A stretch of 64,000 bases of DNA from a virus: positions 22,118-86,117 of the IMG/VR virus record IMGVR_UViG_3300030333_003061; one strand, given 5' to 3'. Each line of letters begins with the position of its first letter. The stretch's first letter is position 1. The notes under the pieces were generated by a model. It worked only from the letters and a program-made list of their open reading frames with translations, had not been told where the DNA came from and did not search any database. Positions 48,142 through 58,133 of the stretch are shown in pieces. A program made the translations under genes and the position numbers.

Positions 48142-49629
48142 ATGAACTTTATGGAAATATTATGGAATCAAGATAGTATTACCATAGAGAAAGCAAGTAC
48201 CACATTAGATGAAATAATGTCTTTAATTGGTAAACAAAAAGCAGTAAGTATGGGAATTACTAGAAAAGACTTACGAAAGCAATTAGAACAATGGGGAAAA
48301 GATTTTCAAACTTCTGAAAATAAACCAATGATATTTTGGTCTGATGCAGACATTAGTGCTCCTGATTTAAGTATGGGAAAAACCACTACTAGGAGAGCAA
48401 TTAAACCAAGAATTAATAATCCTTCATTTATGATAGATGCATTGATTCAAATAAAAACAGCAGATAATACCACAATTATTGATAAAATAATTAGTCTTCT
48501 TAGTGATAGGAAATCTAAAACAAAAAGAATACCAAGGGGCCAAGAAGACCCATATACAACAAGTGGAAAGGTTGGAGACAAAGAAATTAGAGAGTATAAT
48601 AATCAAGAAGACCCTCTACATGATTTATTAGATAAAATAGATAAAGGACATAATTATAGAAGAGATAGAAAATTACTTAGAGAGTTAATAGACAATAAAG
48701 TATTATCTAGTCATTATTTATCATTGGTATCGCAAGCACTATATGGAGAAAGTAAAAAAGTTCATCCAAGAATAATTGATTTACTAAGAAAACCAAAAGT
48801 ATACCAAGAATTTATGAGTTTCCTAAAATCACAAGGGAAGAATTTACCAAGAGAAGATGCTATGAGGGCTGCATTAGGAATGTTAGAAGGAAGAGCATCT
48901 TCAAATAAAAGAATAGTAGATTTATTGATTAATAGACCAGATGATTATAGGTTTAATGAATCAATGTATGATGGACATTTAGATATCATTAACTCTATAT
49001 TAAATAGAAATTTAGAAACTTTAGATGAAAGAATAGACCCAATAGCAGCAGAAGCAAACAATTATTGGGATGTTTTATTAGAAGAGATAAGAGAAGATTA
49101 TAATAATTTATCTAGACAACAAAAAAGAAAAACATCATCAGAACAGTTTGAAGGAAATAAGATAACTAATCTCATAAAAGAAATTCTTGAGGACATTCAA
49201 GACTTAGAACGCACACAAAAGGCAAAAGAAAAATTAATAGAAATAGGACAATCTAATGGTAAAAGTGGAACTATAAATAATACTGAATATGATGCAATGA
49301 TGGAAAAAGTTAACACATTAAAACAAACATATTATTTTAATAAATATACTGATGATGCACAAAGAAGAATGAATGATAGTGCTCCTGGAAAAAGGACAAT
49401 GCCCAAGAAAAAGAAAACTAATAATTTAGAGCGTCAAATAATTTCAAGATATCGAGAAATTAAAAGATTACTTAATGATGTAAAAAGAGAAAGGAATATA
49501 AAAACAGATTCTGATGTTGACTCTATGTTAAATGTAAGTAGAGATAGAGAAATATCTAGATACAACGATGCTTTAAGAGCAATTAGAGAACAATTCCCAA
49601 GAATAAATTTTGGAGATGAAGAAGAATGA
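48142..49629 (+). CDS. hypothetical helical protein (495 aa)
   Basis: GGTGAT RBS; long ORF. Confidence 0.7.
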   Translation: MNFMEILWNQDSITIEKASTTLDEIMSLIGKQKAVSMGITRKDLRKQLEQWGKDFQTSENKPMIFWSDADISAPDLSMGKTTTRRAIKPRINNPSFMIDALIQIKTADNTTIIDKIISLLSDRKSKTKRIPRGQEDPYTTSGKVGDKEIREYNNQEDPLHDLLDKIDKGHNYRRDRKLLRELIDNKVLSSHYLSLVSQALYGESKKVHPRIIDLLRKPKVYQEFMSFLKSQGKNLPREDAMRAALGMLEGRASSNKRIVDLLINRPDDYRFNESMYDGHLDIINSILNRNLETLDERIDPIAAEANNYWDVLLEEIREDYNNLSRQQKRKTSSEQFEGNKITNLIKEILEDIQDLERTQKAKEKLIEIGQSNGKSGTINNTEYDAMMEKVNTLKQTYYFNKYTDDAQRRMNDSAPGKRTMPKKKKTNNLERQIISRYREIKRLLNDVKRERNIKTDSDVDSMLNVSRDREISRYNDALRAIREQFPRINFGDEEE

Positions 49630-49973
49630 GATGGACTTATGAACTTAAAAAAGAAGATGGTGACATTTTTGATAAGACTAGCCCTAAACAGAAAAAGAAG
49701 TTGAAAAAATTATTACAATCAACTCAACCAACTGAATATATGGGCCAAGATTTTACAAAATTAGGAGACCTTCTTGATGAACTAAAAGGACTAGGTGTGA
49801 ATAAATCATCTAAAAAAATGCAGAAGAAATTTGAAGGTTTTGAAGAAGCAAATTTAGATATGGTTGCAGCAGCATCTGAATTAAGAAAAGAATATGAAAT
49901 TCTATATCGTCAATTACGAGGAATGATATATCCAAAGAGTAAAGGCGATTTAGGAGATGAGAAAGATGAGTGA
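49626..49973 (+). CDS. MxW-tagged hypothetical protein
   Basis: MRWTYELK. Confidence 0.6.
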   Translation: MRWTYELKKEDGDIFDKTSPKQKKKLKKLLQSTQPTEYMGQDFTKLGDLLDELKGLGVNKSSKKMQKKFEGFEEANLDMVAAASELRKEYEILYRQLRGMIYPKSKGDLGDEKDE

Positions 49974-50208
49974 AGAAAACGAAAGCGAAATGATGTTACT
50001 AATGAAAGAATTAGTAAACAAGGTAAAACAGTTAGAAAAGGCTGTTTATGATAAAGACAATCTTTTGATGAAATCAGGATATGTAGTGGTTGATTCCCCA
50101 ACTCCTAGAATATCAGGTGGAGATATTAATGTTGAAACTGATAAGATTGCAAAGATGGAATGGGAACAAATAAATGAAATGGTTTCTAGAATAGAAGGTG
50201 GTTATTGA
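49966..50208 (+). CDS. small head-module protein
   Basis: C-terminus (KMEWEQINEMV) resembles the scaffold C-terminus (EMSWTDIHNVI). Confidence 0.55.
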   Translation: MSEENESEMMLLMKELVNKVKQLEKAVYDKDNLLMKSGYVVVDSPTPRISGGDINVETDKIAKMEWEQINEMVSRIEGGY

Positions 50209-50423
50209 TGGTAGAAAAGGTAACAAGAGAAGAAAGAATGGCAACATTATTGAAAGAAGCAGCAGAAAAGGCAATAGAGATATTGAATGCTAATGATTTC
50301 AATGAAGATGATTTAACTGGTGAAGAAGTTAAAATGACTAAGCCTAAAGCAGAAAAGGTTTCTGATGCTAAAGGCGGAGATGAACAGGCAGACAACAGAA
50401 CCAGTAGAGATGTTAAAGAGTGA
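50205..50423 (+). CDS. small acidic protein
   Basis: Operonic ORF. Confidence 0.55.
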   Translation: MMVEKVTREERMATLLKEAAEKAIEILNANDFNEDDLTGEEVKMTKPKAEKVSDAKGGDEQADNRTSRDVKE

Positions 50424-50427
50424 TTAA

Positions 50428-52944
50428 ATGGTTGAAACCGGAGTCTTTGTTGAGAAGAAAACAGGTGCTATGGCGAAGCGTGTCCTTGATTTTTATGAGG
50501 ATGTTCGCTATAAATATCTATCTGCTTTAGAGGACAAGAAAGAATACGGTAATGACTGGAAAAAGTCAATTAAGAAGATTAGAGAAGACTTTGATGGACT
50601 TGGAGATTTCAGCGCAGAAATGAAAAAATACCTTGATGAAGACAATGTATTCAATGATGAAGTTAATAATCCTGAATCGAATGCTGCTGAAAAATTATAT
50701 AATTCAATAAAAAGAATGCGCTTTAATTCAGATGAAATTAATGACCCCTTCGCTAAACAAATGGGAGATAAGGTTGTTGAAACACTTGTAAAGAATCCTT
50801 CTGTTTATGCTATGTTCATCCACTACGCTCTACGCGCACACGCGCACAGCATTAAAGAAGAAGCATGGAAAGCCCACGATTTGAAGCCGGATGAGATTAC
50901 ACAAGGGGCTAAAGGTTTAGACCTCAAATTAGAAGATATACCTCTTTATATTACTGAACACTATGGCGACAATGCAGATACTACTAGAGTTAAAGGTAAG
51001 TTTAATGGAGCATTAAAATTATTAGAAAAAGTATACATGGAAGAAAATACAAAAGATAATTGGGATGCGCTTTTAGCATTAGATATATCTAAGTCTGAAG
51101 ATGAGGATGATGATAAAGAAGAAAAATCAGAAATAGATTTTATTGTTCCTAATAAACCAATGTATAGAATATTTGAAATAGACGACATGAAAGAATTAAA
51201 AGGTTTTAGTGGAGAATACTTAGTTCAAGAAAAATTTGATGGTATTAGAATACAAATTCATAAGTCTGATAAGAAAGTTAAAATTTACACATATAATGAG
51301 AAAGACATAACTAATAAATGTAAGGATATTGTCGAAAAGGTAGAACAAAAAAGATTTGGCGATATGATATTAGATGCTGAATTAATTTTGTATGATGGCG
51401 ATGAACCTTTACATAGAGCAGATACAATAGCACATCTGTTTAAGGATAAATATAAAGATGCTACATTAAAGGCAAGAATTTTTGATATAATGAATCATGA
51501 TGGAAAAGACCTTACTGATTCTCCATTAAGAGAAAGAATAAATATTCTATTCTATCAGTTATCTCCTGGTTCATCTGATTTATTTAATTTCCCTTCAAAG
51601 AAAAACTCTAGGATTGCAGATTCATTAAGTGAAATAGAAAAATACGCTAAAGATATAATGGAATCTAAAACATCAGAAGGAGTAGTAATAAAGGACATAG
51701 AATCAACATACTATCTAGGTAATAAAAAGAATCCTAAGTGGGTTAAATGGAAGAAGTTCGTAGACTTAGATGTAATTGTATTAGATAAGAAAAAGACAAA
51801 ATCAAATCTTTATTCATATACTGTTGGTGTTGGCCCTCTTAGTGGTGAAGAAAGTAGGGAACACAATGGAACAGAATTTGAAGGAAAAACATATTTACCT
51901 GTAGGTAAAGCCCTTAACACTAAAGAGGTTGTTAGTATCGGTTCAATCATTAGAGTTAAAGTAGACGAAGTGAGAAGAAAAGGAACTGGATATAGTCTTT
52001 ATTCTGCAAAGGTAATTGAAATACCTGAAGTAGAAACACCAGAGAAACTTATTACTTTAGAATTATTATCAAAAGAAGGAAGAAAGTCTCTTAAGTATGA
52101 TGTTCAGGATGCTTTAACTAAATATACTATAACAGATGGAATTCATGGTGAAGCAGATATTATAATGAAATCAGATTATGAAGGATTTACTATCTATGGG
52201 TTTGAAGGAGATTCTTTAATGGAGAAAAATGCTTTAGCAGATATTGATTTATGGAAAGAACAATTAACGGAAATGATGAAATCTCATACATCTGATGCAA
52301 GAGTTGCAGTTAAAAACTTTTTAAGAAAAGAAGGAAAACCAATGGAAGTAAAAGACATATTTGAATTTATGTCTAAAGATAAACCAGAATTAGTAGAAAA
52401 ATTATGGGAAGGCAAAATGAATAAATTTACAAAATGGATGGATGATTATGATGATTTTATTAGAGTATCAGCAACTACATATAAAGATAATGAATTAAAA
52501 ATAATTAAAGACGATGAACCATCAGAAAAAGAAGGAAAATATAGATTATATGTTAGAAAAGATAATAACATAGAATTACTCATTAATTACAAAGGCAAAT
52601 CAATGGCATGGATAATTGATATTGACGACACAGAAGATATTTATAACTTATTTGGAAAAGCCGGTAAGTTTCCTGCTCAAGTCGCAGAAAAGAGTCAACC
52701 TGATAAATTATTAGATAAAGGAAATATAATATTGGGTGTCCAAAAGCATGGTTATCACGAATATAAAATAGACGGAGACAAATTTAAGACTAGACTTCAC
52801 TTTAGAGTTGTTCCTATCAAAGACGAAGATAAATGGATAGTATGGACAGGATTTAAACAGAAGATGCTAGATTCAAAAGAAGACAAAGGAATATGGGATA
52901 TTGCAGAAGACAGGCATAAAAAGTTAGCCATGCAAATCGCTTAA
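50428..52944 (+). CDS. second ATP-dependent DNA ligase-domain protein within the head module
   Basis: QEKFDGIRIQ, LDAE, IFDI, EGVVIKD, WVKWKK, an OB fold, plus extra N- and C-terminal domains. Confidence 0.85.
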   Translation: MVETGVFVEKKTGAMAKRVLDFYEDVRYKYLSALEDKKEYGNDWKKSIKKIREDFDGLGDFSAEMKKYLDEDNVFNDEVNNPESNAAEKLYNSIKRMRFNSDEINDPFAKQMGDKVVETLVKNPSVYAMFIHYALRAHAHSIKEEAWKAHDLKPDEITQGAKGLDLKLEDIPLYITEHYGDNADTTRVKGKFNGALKLLEKVYMEENTKDNWDALLALDISKSEDEDDDKEEKSEIDFIVPNKPMYRIFEIDDMKELKGFSGEYLVQEKFDGIRIQIHKSDKKVKIYTYNEKDITNKCKDIVEKVEQKRFGDMILDAELILYDGDEPLHRADTIAHLFKDKYKDATLKARIFDIMNHDGKDLTDSPLRERINILFYQLSPGSSDLFNFPSKKNSRIADSLSEIEKYAKDIMESKTSEGVVIKDIESTYYLGNKKNPKWVKWKKFVDLDVIVLDKKKTKSNLYSYTVGVGPLSGEESREHNGTEFEGKTYLPVGKALNTKEVVSIGSIIRVKVDEVRRKGTGYSLYSAKVIEIPEVETPEKLITLELLSKEGRKSLKYDVQDALTKYTITDGIHGEADIIMKSDYEGFTIYGFEGDSLMEKNALADIDLWKEQLTEMMKSHTSDARVAVKNFLRKEGKPMEVKDIFEFMSKDKPELVEKLWEGKMNKFTKWMDDYDDFIRVSATTYKDNELKIIKDDEPSEKEGKYRLYVRKDNNIELLINYKGKSMAWIIDIDDTEDIYNLFGKAGKFPAQVAEKSQPDKLLDKGNIILGVQKHGYHEYKIDGDKFKTRLHFRVVPIKDEDKWIVWTGFKQKMLDSKEDKGIWDIAEDRHKKLAMQIA

Positions 52945-52983
52945 TGACGCTGAGTTCATATAGTCAAAGAGGAGTGGGAGATT

Positions 52984-54192
52984 GTGTCCGAATTAGGATT
53001 AGTGAAAAGTGATACTAATGGTGACTTTGATATATTAAAATCAGATGAACTAATAATTGGTGGATATGCTTCTATTGAAATTGTAGATAAACAAAATGAC
53101 CTTATTACTCTTAGTGCATTAAATGAAGCAGTTAAGAAATATATGGAAGTAAAGAAATATAGAAATGTAATGTCAAATCATTCAAATGTTCAAGTCGGAG
53201 ATGTTATAGAAAAATATAGAGATAAAAATGGAACGCTTCATAAAACACAAGTAGATGATGTAGGATTTTATGTTGTAATTAAATTAAGAGACGACATTGA
53301 AAAAGCAAAAGAAATTTCTAGAGGAATTAGAAAAGGAACATTACGCTCATTTAGTATAGGTGGTCAAGCACTATCAAAAAGAAAGAAAACTAGCCCTGAT
53401 ATTGGCGAGTATAATGAAATAGATAAATTAGAACTCCATGAAGTCACAATTTGTGAAAAAGGAATAAACCCTGAAGCGAAATTTGACATTCTGAAGGAGG
53501 ATAACGAAATGACTGAGAGATTGGAAAAAGCGTTAGAGGAACTTAACGACCTTATGAAGGAAGTTAATGAACTTAAGAAAGAAGAAGGCACAGACCCTGA
53601 TTTGTCTGGTAGTGAAGAACTAATGGAAGAATCAATGGATGATGCTAGCGTAGAAGCAATGGATAATGATGAAGAAGAGTCGTCAGACGATGAATCATAT
53701 GAAGCCATGAATAACTACGATGATGAACAGAAAATGAGAACAGGGCCAGAAGGCCCAGTAGAACATGGTTATGGCGAAGATTTGGCTGCAGGAAAGAAAC
53801 ACTCTCAAGCAGGCCAAATAGGTCAATTATACAAAGAATGGCAGAACGAAGATTTTGCTACTCTTGACCTATCTACTGAAAATGTAGAAAAAGCCTATGA
53901 AGCGTTTAAGGCTGAACAATTAGAAAAGATGGCCTATGATACTTTGAAGACCAAGTTTGCTGAAAGGTTTGCTAATGAGCAATCTGTCCGAAAGGCTGAT
54001 GTTGCACGAAGCGAATATGACGCTAAGAACGAAGTTGAATCTCTAAAGGAAGAATTTGCTTCCTTAAGAAAGAGCCTAACAGAACAATCAAATGAGATTG
54101 TTAAGGCTCAAACAATTGAGGTTCCTGACTTTGATGTTAGTGAAATGTCTTGGACAGACATTCATAATGTCATTAGCCAGTTTGAGGAGTGA
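52984..54192 (+). CDS. HK97-type prohead protease fused to scaffold domain
   Basis: IGGYASIEIVDKQND, H in SNH, FSIGG, LHEVTICEKGINPEA; acidic coiled-coil C-terminus. Confidence 0.88.
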   Translation: MSELGLVKSDTNGDFDILKSDELIIGGYASIEIVDKQNDLITLSALNEAVKKYMEVKKYRNVMSNHSNVQVGDVIEKYRDKNGTLHKTQVDDVGFYVVIKLRDDIEKAKEISRGIRKGTLRSFSIGGQALSKRKKTSPDIGEYNEIDKLELHEVTICEKGINPEAKFDILKEDNEMTERLEKALEELNDLMKEVNELKKEEGTDPDLSGSEELMEESMDDASVEAMDNDEEESSDDESYEAMNNYDDEQKMRTGPEGPVEHGYGEDLAAGKKHSQAGQIGQLYKEWQNEDFATLDLSTENVEKAYEAFKAEQLEKMAYDTLKTKFAERFANEQSVRKADVARSEYDAKNEVESLKEEFASLRKSLTEQSNEIVKAQTIEVPDFDVSEMSWTDIHNVISQFEE

Positions 54193-54197
54193 TTAAG

Positions 54198-55574
54198 ATG
54201 AGTAATTACATTAAGACAATGAAAGACTTAGAATCCGCTACCTACGGAGTTCGTGGGGGAAGCGGTAATGCTTTGTTAAAGAGCGCAGGTGTTGTTTCGT
54301 GGGGTTCTTCGGGAACAGGACACGATACCGATGTTGCTGGTTTATCCGGTGCTTCGGGCCTTGCTGACTTGTATAACAGGGCTTATGGACAAAAAGTATG
54401 GTCAATGCTAAACCAAGAGGTTAATGCTTTGGCTATGTTAGCAAAGAGGCCATATACCACTAGTGGATGGCGAGTGCTAAAGAAGAGAGCAGAAGGTGGT
54501 TCAGGTTCAACCTTCGATGTTTCATTAAGTGGAGCAGCAACCGCAAGAGGCGTTGATGCACCATCTGCTGATAATATCGGTGGTGTTGCTGAGAACGCAT
54601 CTTTAGGAACAGGTAATGATATTCCGGCCATTACGCCAGAATACACTAAGTTATTTACCAGCCCAAAGACTGTGGCTCATTTGTTTGAGTTCTCAGAATT
54701 GGCTCTTGAAATGGCTAAGATTGATGACGGCGTAGGTGATTTACGCGCATTAATCCGTGAAGACATGGGTAAGCATCATGCAGAAGTTCAGAATAAGATG
54801 CTTCTTATGCCATTAGAGGCATATGACCAAGTTATCACAGGTAGCGATAACCGCGTTAATATCAACAAGAATTACACTTCATTGTTGAAGGTTGTTGCTT
54901 CAAGTCAAGAAATGGAAGCAATGGTTGATGCGTCAATGTTGGATGATTCAACATCTAGCACAGGCGGTCTAACTGCTACTCTTAGCACTATTTATGGTGC
55001 AACAGACAGGCAATTAGTCGGTAATGCGTATAACCCATCTTTCCTTGATGCTGAAGTAGATTTCGGTGATGGATATGCAGCAGGTAATGCTCGCGTATTA
55101 ACTTTAACCATCATTAATGATATGCTACGAAGGCTAAGAGAAAACGGTGGTTCACCAAAGGTTATCTTAACTGGATATGATACTATTCAGCATCTAGGTG
55201 ACCTATTGCAAGCCCAAGAAAGATTTATGGATAGAAAAGAGGTAATTCCTACACATGGCGGTGTTCGTGGTGTAAAGGGTAGAGAAGTCGGTTTTAGAGT
55301 CGCTACCTATTACGACATACCAATCATTCCTTGTAAGGATATGCCTAAGACTGGAAATGGTTCTAACAAGTTAAGTGATATTCTTATCCTTGATACAGAC
55401 CATCTATGGTTAAGTGTGTTGAAGCCAACTCAATACTTTGAGGATGGAATTGACCATGGAAACCCATTTGGTGTTGGAACTCTAGGTAATCAAGCAATGT
55501 ATCGAACAATTGCTGAAACAGGTTGTTCCTTCTTTAAGGGGCAGGGTAAGATTACCAACATTACCAGCGCATGA
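54198..55574 (+). CDS. major capsid protein (HK97 fold)
   Basis: Follows the protease; ~458 aa; PKVILTGYDT, TYYDIPIIP, ILDTDHL motifs; strong RBS and highly expressed codon style. Confidence 0.85.
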   Translation: MSNYIKTMKDLESATYGVRGGSGNALLKSAGVVSWGSSGTGHDTDVAGLSGASGLADLYNRAYGQKVWSMLNQEVNALAMLAKRPYTTSGWRVLKKRAEGGSGSTFDVSLSGAATARGVDAPSADNIGGVAENASLGTGNDIPAITPEYTKLFTSPKTVAHLFEFSELALEMAKIDDGVGDLRALIREDMGKHHAEVQNKMLLMPLEAYDQVITGSDNRVNINKNYTSLLKVVASSQEMEAMVDASMLDDSTSSTGGLTATLSTIYGATDRQLVGNAYNPSFLDAEVDFGDGYAAGNARVLTLTIINDMLRRLRENGGSPKVILTGYDTIQHLGDLLQAQERFMDRKEVIPTHGGVRGVKGREVGFRVATYYDIPIIPCKDMPKTGNGSNKLSDILILDTDHLWLSVLKPTQYFEDGIDHGNPFGVGTLGNQAMYRTIAETGCSFFKGQGKITNITSA

Positions 55575-55593
55575 AGTTAAAAGGTGATAAAAG

Positions 55594-55950
55594 ATGGCTT
55601 TAGCATATACAGTAACAACACTTGCAGACCATAAAGGCATTACTGCTCCAAAAGCAGTTGGTGACGAATATGTGGTTGATGCGGTTATAGATGTAACATC
55701 ACATGTAGCGGCGGGTGCAGTAATACCTGCTTCTCAGTTTGGTTTATCTACAATCCATGCAGCGTGTATTACAGGACATGAAGGAGCAAATCATCGTTAT
55801 CCTAATATCGAAACTACTAGTGGCGGGGTTTATGAGTCGTCAACATCATTAGCATTAATGTTCACATCATTAGATGGAACAAATGCAACAATCGCTAATG
55901 ATGGCGACCCAACCTGTGCTGTTAGAGTCCGTGTTTGGGGCAACCTTTGA
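55594..55950 (+). CDS. putative capsid decoration/cement protein
   Basis: Small beta-rich ORF directly after MCP and before a terminator hairpin. Confidence 0.5.
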   Translation: MALAYTVTTLADHKGITAPKAVGDEYVVDAVIDVTSHVAAGAVIPASQFGLSTIHAACITGHEGANHRYPNIETTSGGVYESSTSLALMFTSLDGTNATIANDGDPTCAVRVRVWGNL

Positions 55951-55959
55951 TTGTTATAT

Positions 55960-55993
55960 GTGGCCTTTGACCCCTTCGGGGGTCATTGGTCAC
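55960..55993 (+). terminator. cUUCGg stem-loop after the capsid genes
   Basis: TGACCCC-TTCG-GGGGTCA extended by GTGGCC/GGTCAC. Confidence 0.65.
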
Positions 55994-56019
55994 TAAAAAG
56001 CGTAAGCATTGGTGATAAT

Positions 56020-56385
56020 ATGACACAAATAGAATTAAGCGAAAAAGGATTTCCTATTACATTATCTACTAAATCACATTCTAAAGTTAGTTTTGGTGAA
56101 AAAACTGAAATTGACGCGAAAGAAGCATTGGTATATTTAGGCGACAATAGATTCAAAATTACTTTTGTCCCTTCTGATAAGAAAGTCCTAAGAACTTGCA
56201 ATAAACATCAAACTGCATGGCTCAAGAAAGAGTTTAATGTTAAAGGTGATATTGACAAAGTATTAAAGAAAATGTTTCCTGATAGCGGTATCAAAAAAGT
56301 AATGAAACCTGTATTGAAGGAAAAGAAGACAGTAGAAGAAAAGCCAAAGGTTAGCAAAGAACCTAAAAAGGAAACGATGGGTTAA
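56020..56385 (+). CDS. Lys-rich hypothetical protein
   Basis: GGTGAT RBS before MTQIEL. Confidence 0.6.
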   Translation: MTQIELSEKGFPITLSTKSHSKVSFGEKTEIDAKEALVYLGDNRFKITFVPSDKKVLRTCNKHQTAWLKKEFNVKGDIDKVLKKMFPDSGIKKVMKPVLKEKKTVEEKPKVSKEPKKETMG

Positions 56386-56426
56386 TATGCACTACCCATC
56401 TTGGACACAATGAAGGAGATACTTAA

Positions 56427-56738
56427 ATGTCAGGCGGTTGTAATAATACAGGTGTTTTAACTGTTTCAGGTTCTGGAACGGCATCAACACAAGCCATTAC
56501 TGGTCGAATTAGAATACAATCTATTAAGGTCAGTAATGATGCAGCAGTGGATAAAACAGTAACTTTCTATGATGGAACAGCAAATACTGCAACAAAGATA
56601 CATGAGGCTCATGTCGGTGCAGTAAATGAAAACTATGATTTTGATTTTCATGGTTCAATTGCTATTAATGGGGTATTCGTTGAAGTTACAGGTAGCGGAA
56701 GCAATAGTGGGGTAAGTTTCTCAATTCAATATTTCTGA
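56427..56738 (+). CDS. small beta-rich putative virion protein
   Basis: G/S/T-rich beta pattern. Confidence 0.55.
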   Translation: MSGGCNNTGVLTVSGSGTASTQAITGRIRIQSIKVSNDAAVDKTVTFYDGTANTATKIHEAHVGAVNENYDFDFHGSIAINGVFVEVTGSGSNSGVSFSIQYF

Positions 56739-56746
56739 GGGATATA

Positions 56747-57148
56747 ATGCCAGCACTAGAAAAAGACACAAAACTCGTAATGACGATATTATTCGTTGGT
56801 GCGATTAGCGGAACCAATGTTTACTTTTACGGTAAATATGGAAGCATGATTGCTTTTGGTGAATACGCCCATGCGTTAATATTTGGGCTAATGACCATAG
56901 GAGCAATCTTAGCAATGAAAGCCATATTTGATTTGGCTTTGAATGATAGAATAGAAATGCTTCTATTAGATAGAAGAATTTCTGCTTATTGGGCTAAAAA
57001 GCAAAGAGATGAACAACAAAGAGAAAAGATTAGACAAAGTATGTATCAGAACACTCAAGTTCAATCAGGATATATGCCTGTTCCTCCTATGCCTGTTCAG
57101 CCAGAAGAACCTAGAGTTCCAACATCATTTTTAGCACAAATAGAGTAG
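56747..57148 (+). CDS. membrane protein (2 TM helices)
   Basis: LVMTILFVGAISG and ALIFGLMTIGAILAM, followed by a coiled coil and a Pro-rich tail. Confidence 0.65.
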   Translation: MPALEKDTKLVMTILFVGAISGTNVYFYGKYGSMIAFGEYAHALIFGLMTIGAILAMKAIFDLALNDRIEMLLLDRRISAYWAKKQRDEQQREKIRQSMYQNTQVQSGYMPVPPMPVQPEEPRVPTSFLAQIE

Positions 57149-57156
57149 TGAGATAA

Positions 57157-57384
57157 ATGCTTGAAGCAATAACAATGGGCTTTGATGAAACAACATTAGC
57201 CTATGATTTGCAAAGAGCGCATTCTGCTGATATTTGGTTTTTAAGAGCCAGATACTTCTTTTGGGGAACAGTATCTACAATTGTTGGTTTTTTCGTAGGA
57301 CATGCTTTACCCTCCTTTGGGATAAATGTTTATCAAGAAGCATGGGAGGGCTTCATATCAATTTGGCATCATCTTGTGGGGTGA
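57157..57384 (+). CDS. small membrane protein
   Basis: FFWGTVSTIVGFFVG hydrophobic segment. Confidence 0.6.
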   Translation: MLEAITMGFDETTLAYDLQRAHSADIWFLRARYFFWGTVSTIVGFFVGHALPSFGINVYQEAWEGFISIWHHLVG

Positions 57385-57388
57385 ATAA

Positions 57389-58057
57389 ATGTCATTAATG
57401 ACTGGTTTCGTCATAATAATGATAGAAAAAGCAGGAGCATTATGGAGAAGAATTCATGCAATTCCTTTTGGTGTATATGGGGCTACACAAGTAGGAAAAA
57501 CAACATTACATCATCAAATGAGAACAAGAGGAGAAGTTCCAGATATTAAAGAAAGAACAGTAGGTCGAGGCAGGGCGACTAGAAAATCAATTAAAATAGA
57601 TGGAGATTTACATACAATTAAAACATCAGATATTGGAGGAGAAACTCTTTATTGGGGCGAATGGCTTAAAGATATGAGAACAAGAAAAGTCAAATATATT
57701 ATTTTTATGATTGATGATAGACACATGGATAAACATTATGATATAGAACAACAATTATGTTGGAGTTTTTTAGTCGATACAATATGTTCCCCTTATTGGG
57801 ATGCAATAAATAGAAAGCATAGAAAAAAAGCACATGATTATCCCCTTGCTGTAGGTTTATGGGCAAATAAATTTGATTTATGGAAAGACAAATATCCTTA
57901 TGATGATATACAAAAACACCCAATATTTGAATCATTCAAAGACGGAATGGCTAAATTAAATGATAGAGGAATCCCTTGTTTCAAATATATAGTAAGTGCA
58001 AAATCAGATTCAGAAATGGTATATAGAGGAATAGCAACAATGGTGGATGATTATTAG
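57389..58057 (+). CDS. Ras-superfamily (Arf/Rab-like) small GTPase
   Basis: G1 GATQVGKT, G2 T (ERTVG), G3 DIGG, G4 NKFD, G5 SAK; hydrophobic N-terminal helix. Confidence 0.85.
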   Translation: MSLMTGFVIIMIEKAGALWRRIHAIPFGVYGATQVGKTTLHHQMRTRGEVPDIKERTVGRGRATRKSIKIDGDLHTIKTSDIGGETLYWGEWLKDMRTRKVKYIIFMIDDRHMDKHYDIEQQLCWSFLVDTICSPYWDAINRKHRKKAHDYPLAVGLWANKFDLWKDKYPYDDIQKHPIFESFKDGMAKLNDRGIPCFKYIVSAKSDSEMVYRGIATMVDDY

Positions 58058-58133
58058 GTGATAAAATGAATACGACAAGATTTTTAGAAGAAAATACATC
58101 AATAATAGATTTTTATTTACGGAGGAATTATTT

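Noticed and set aside
24406-49973. MxW tag as a DNA-level repeat or RBS artefact
   Set aside because: Nucleotide sequences differ at synonymous and variable positions, and the motif also occurs internally and C-terminally in frame.
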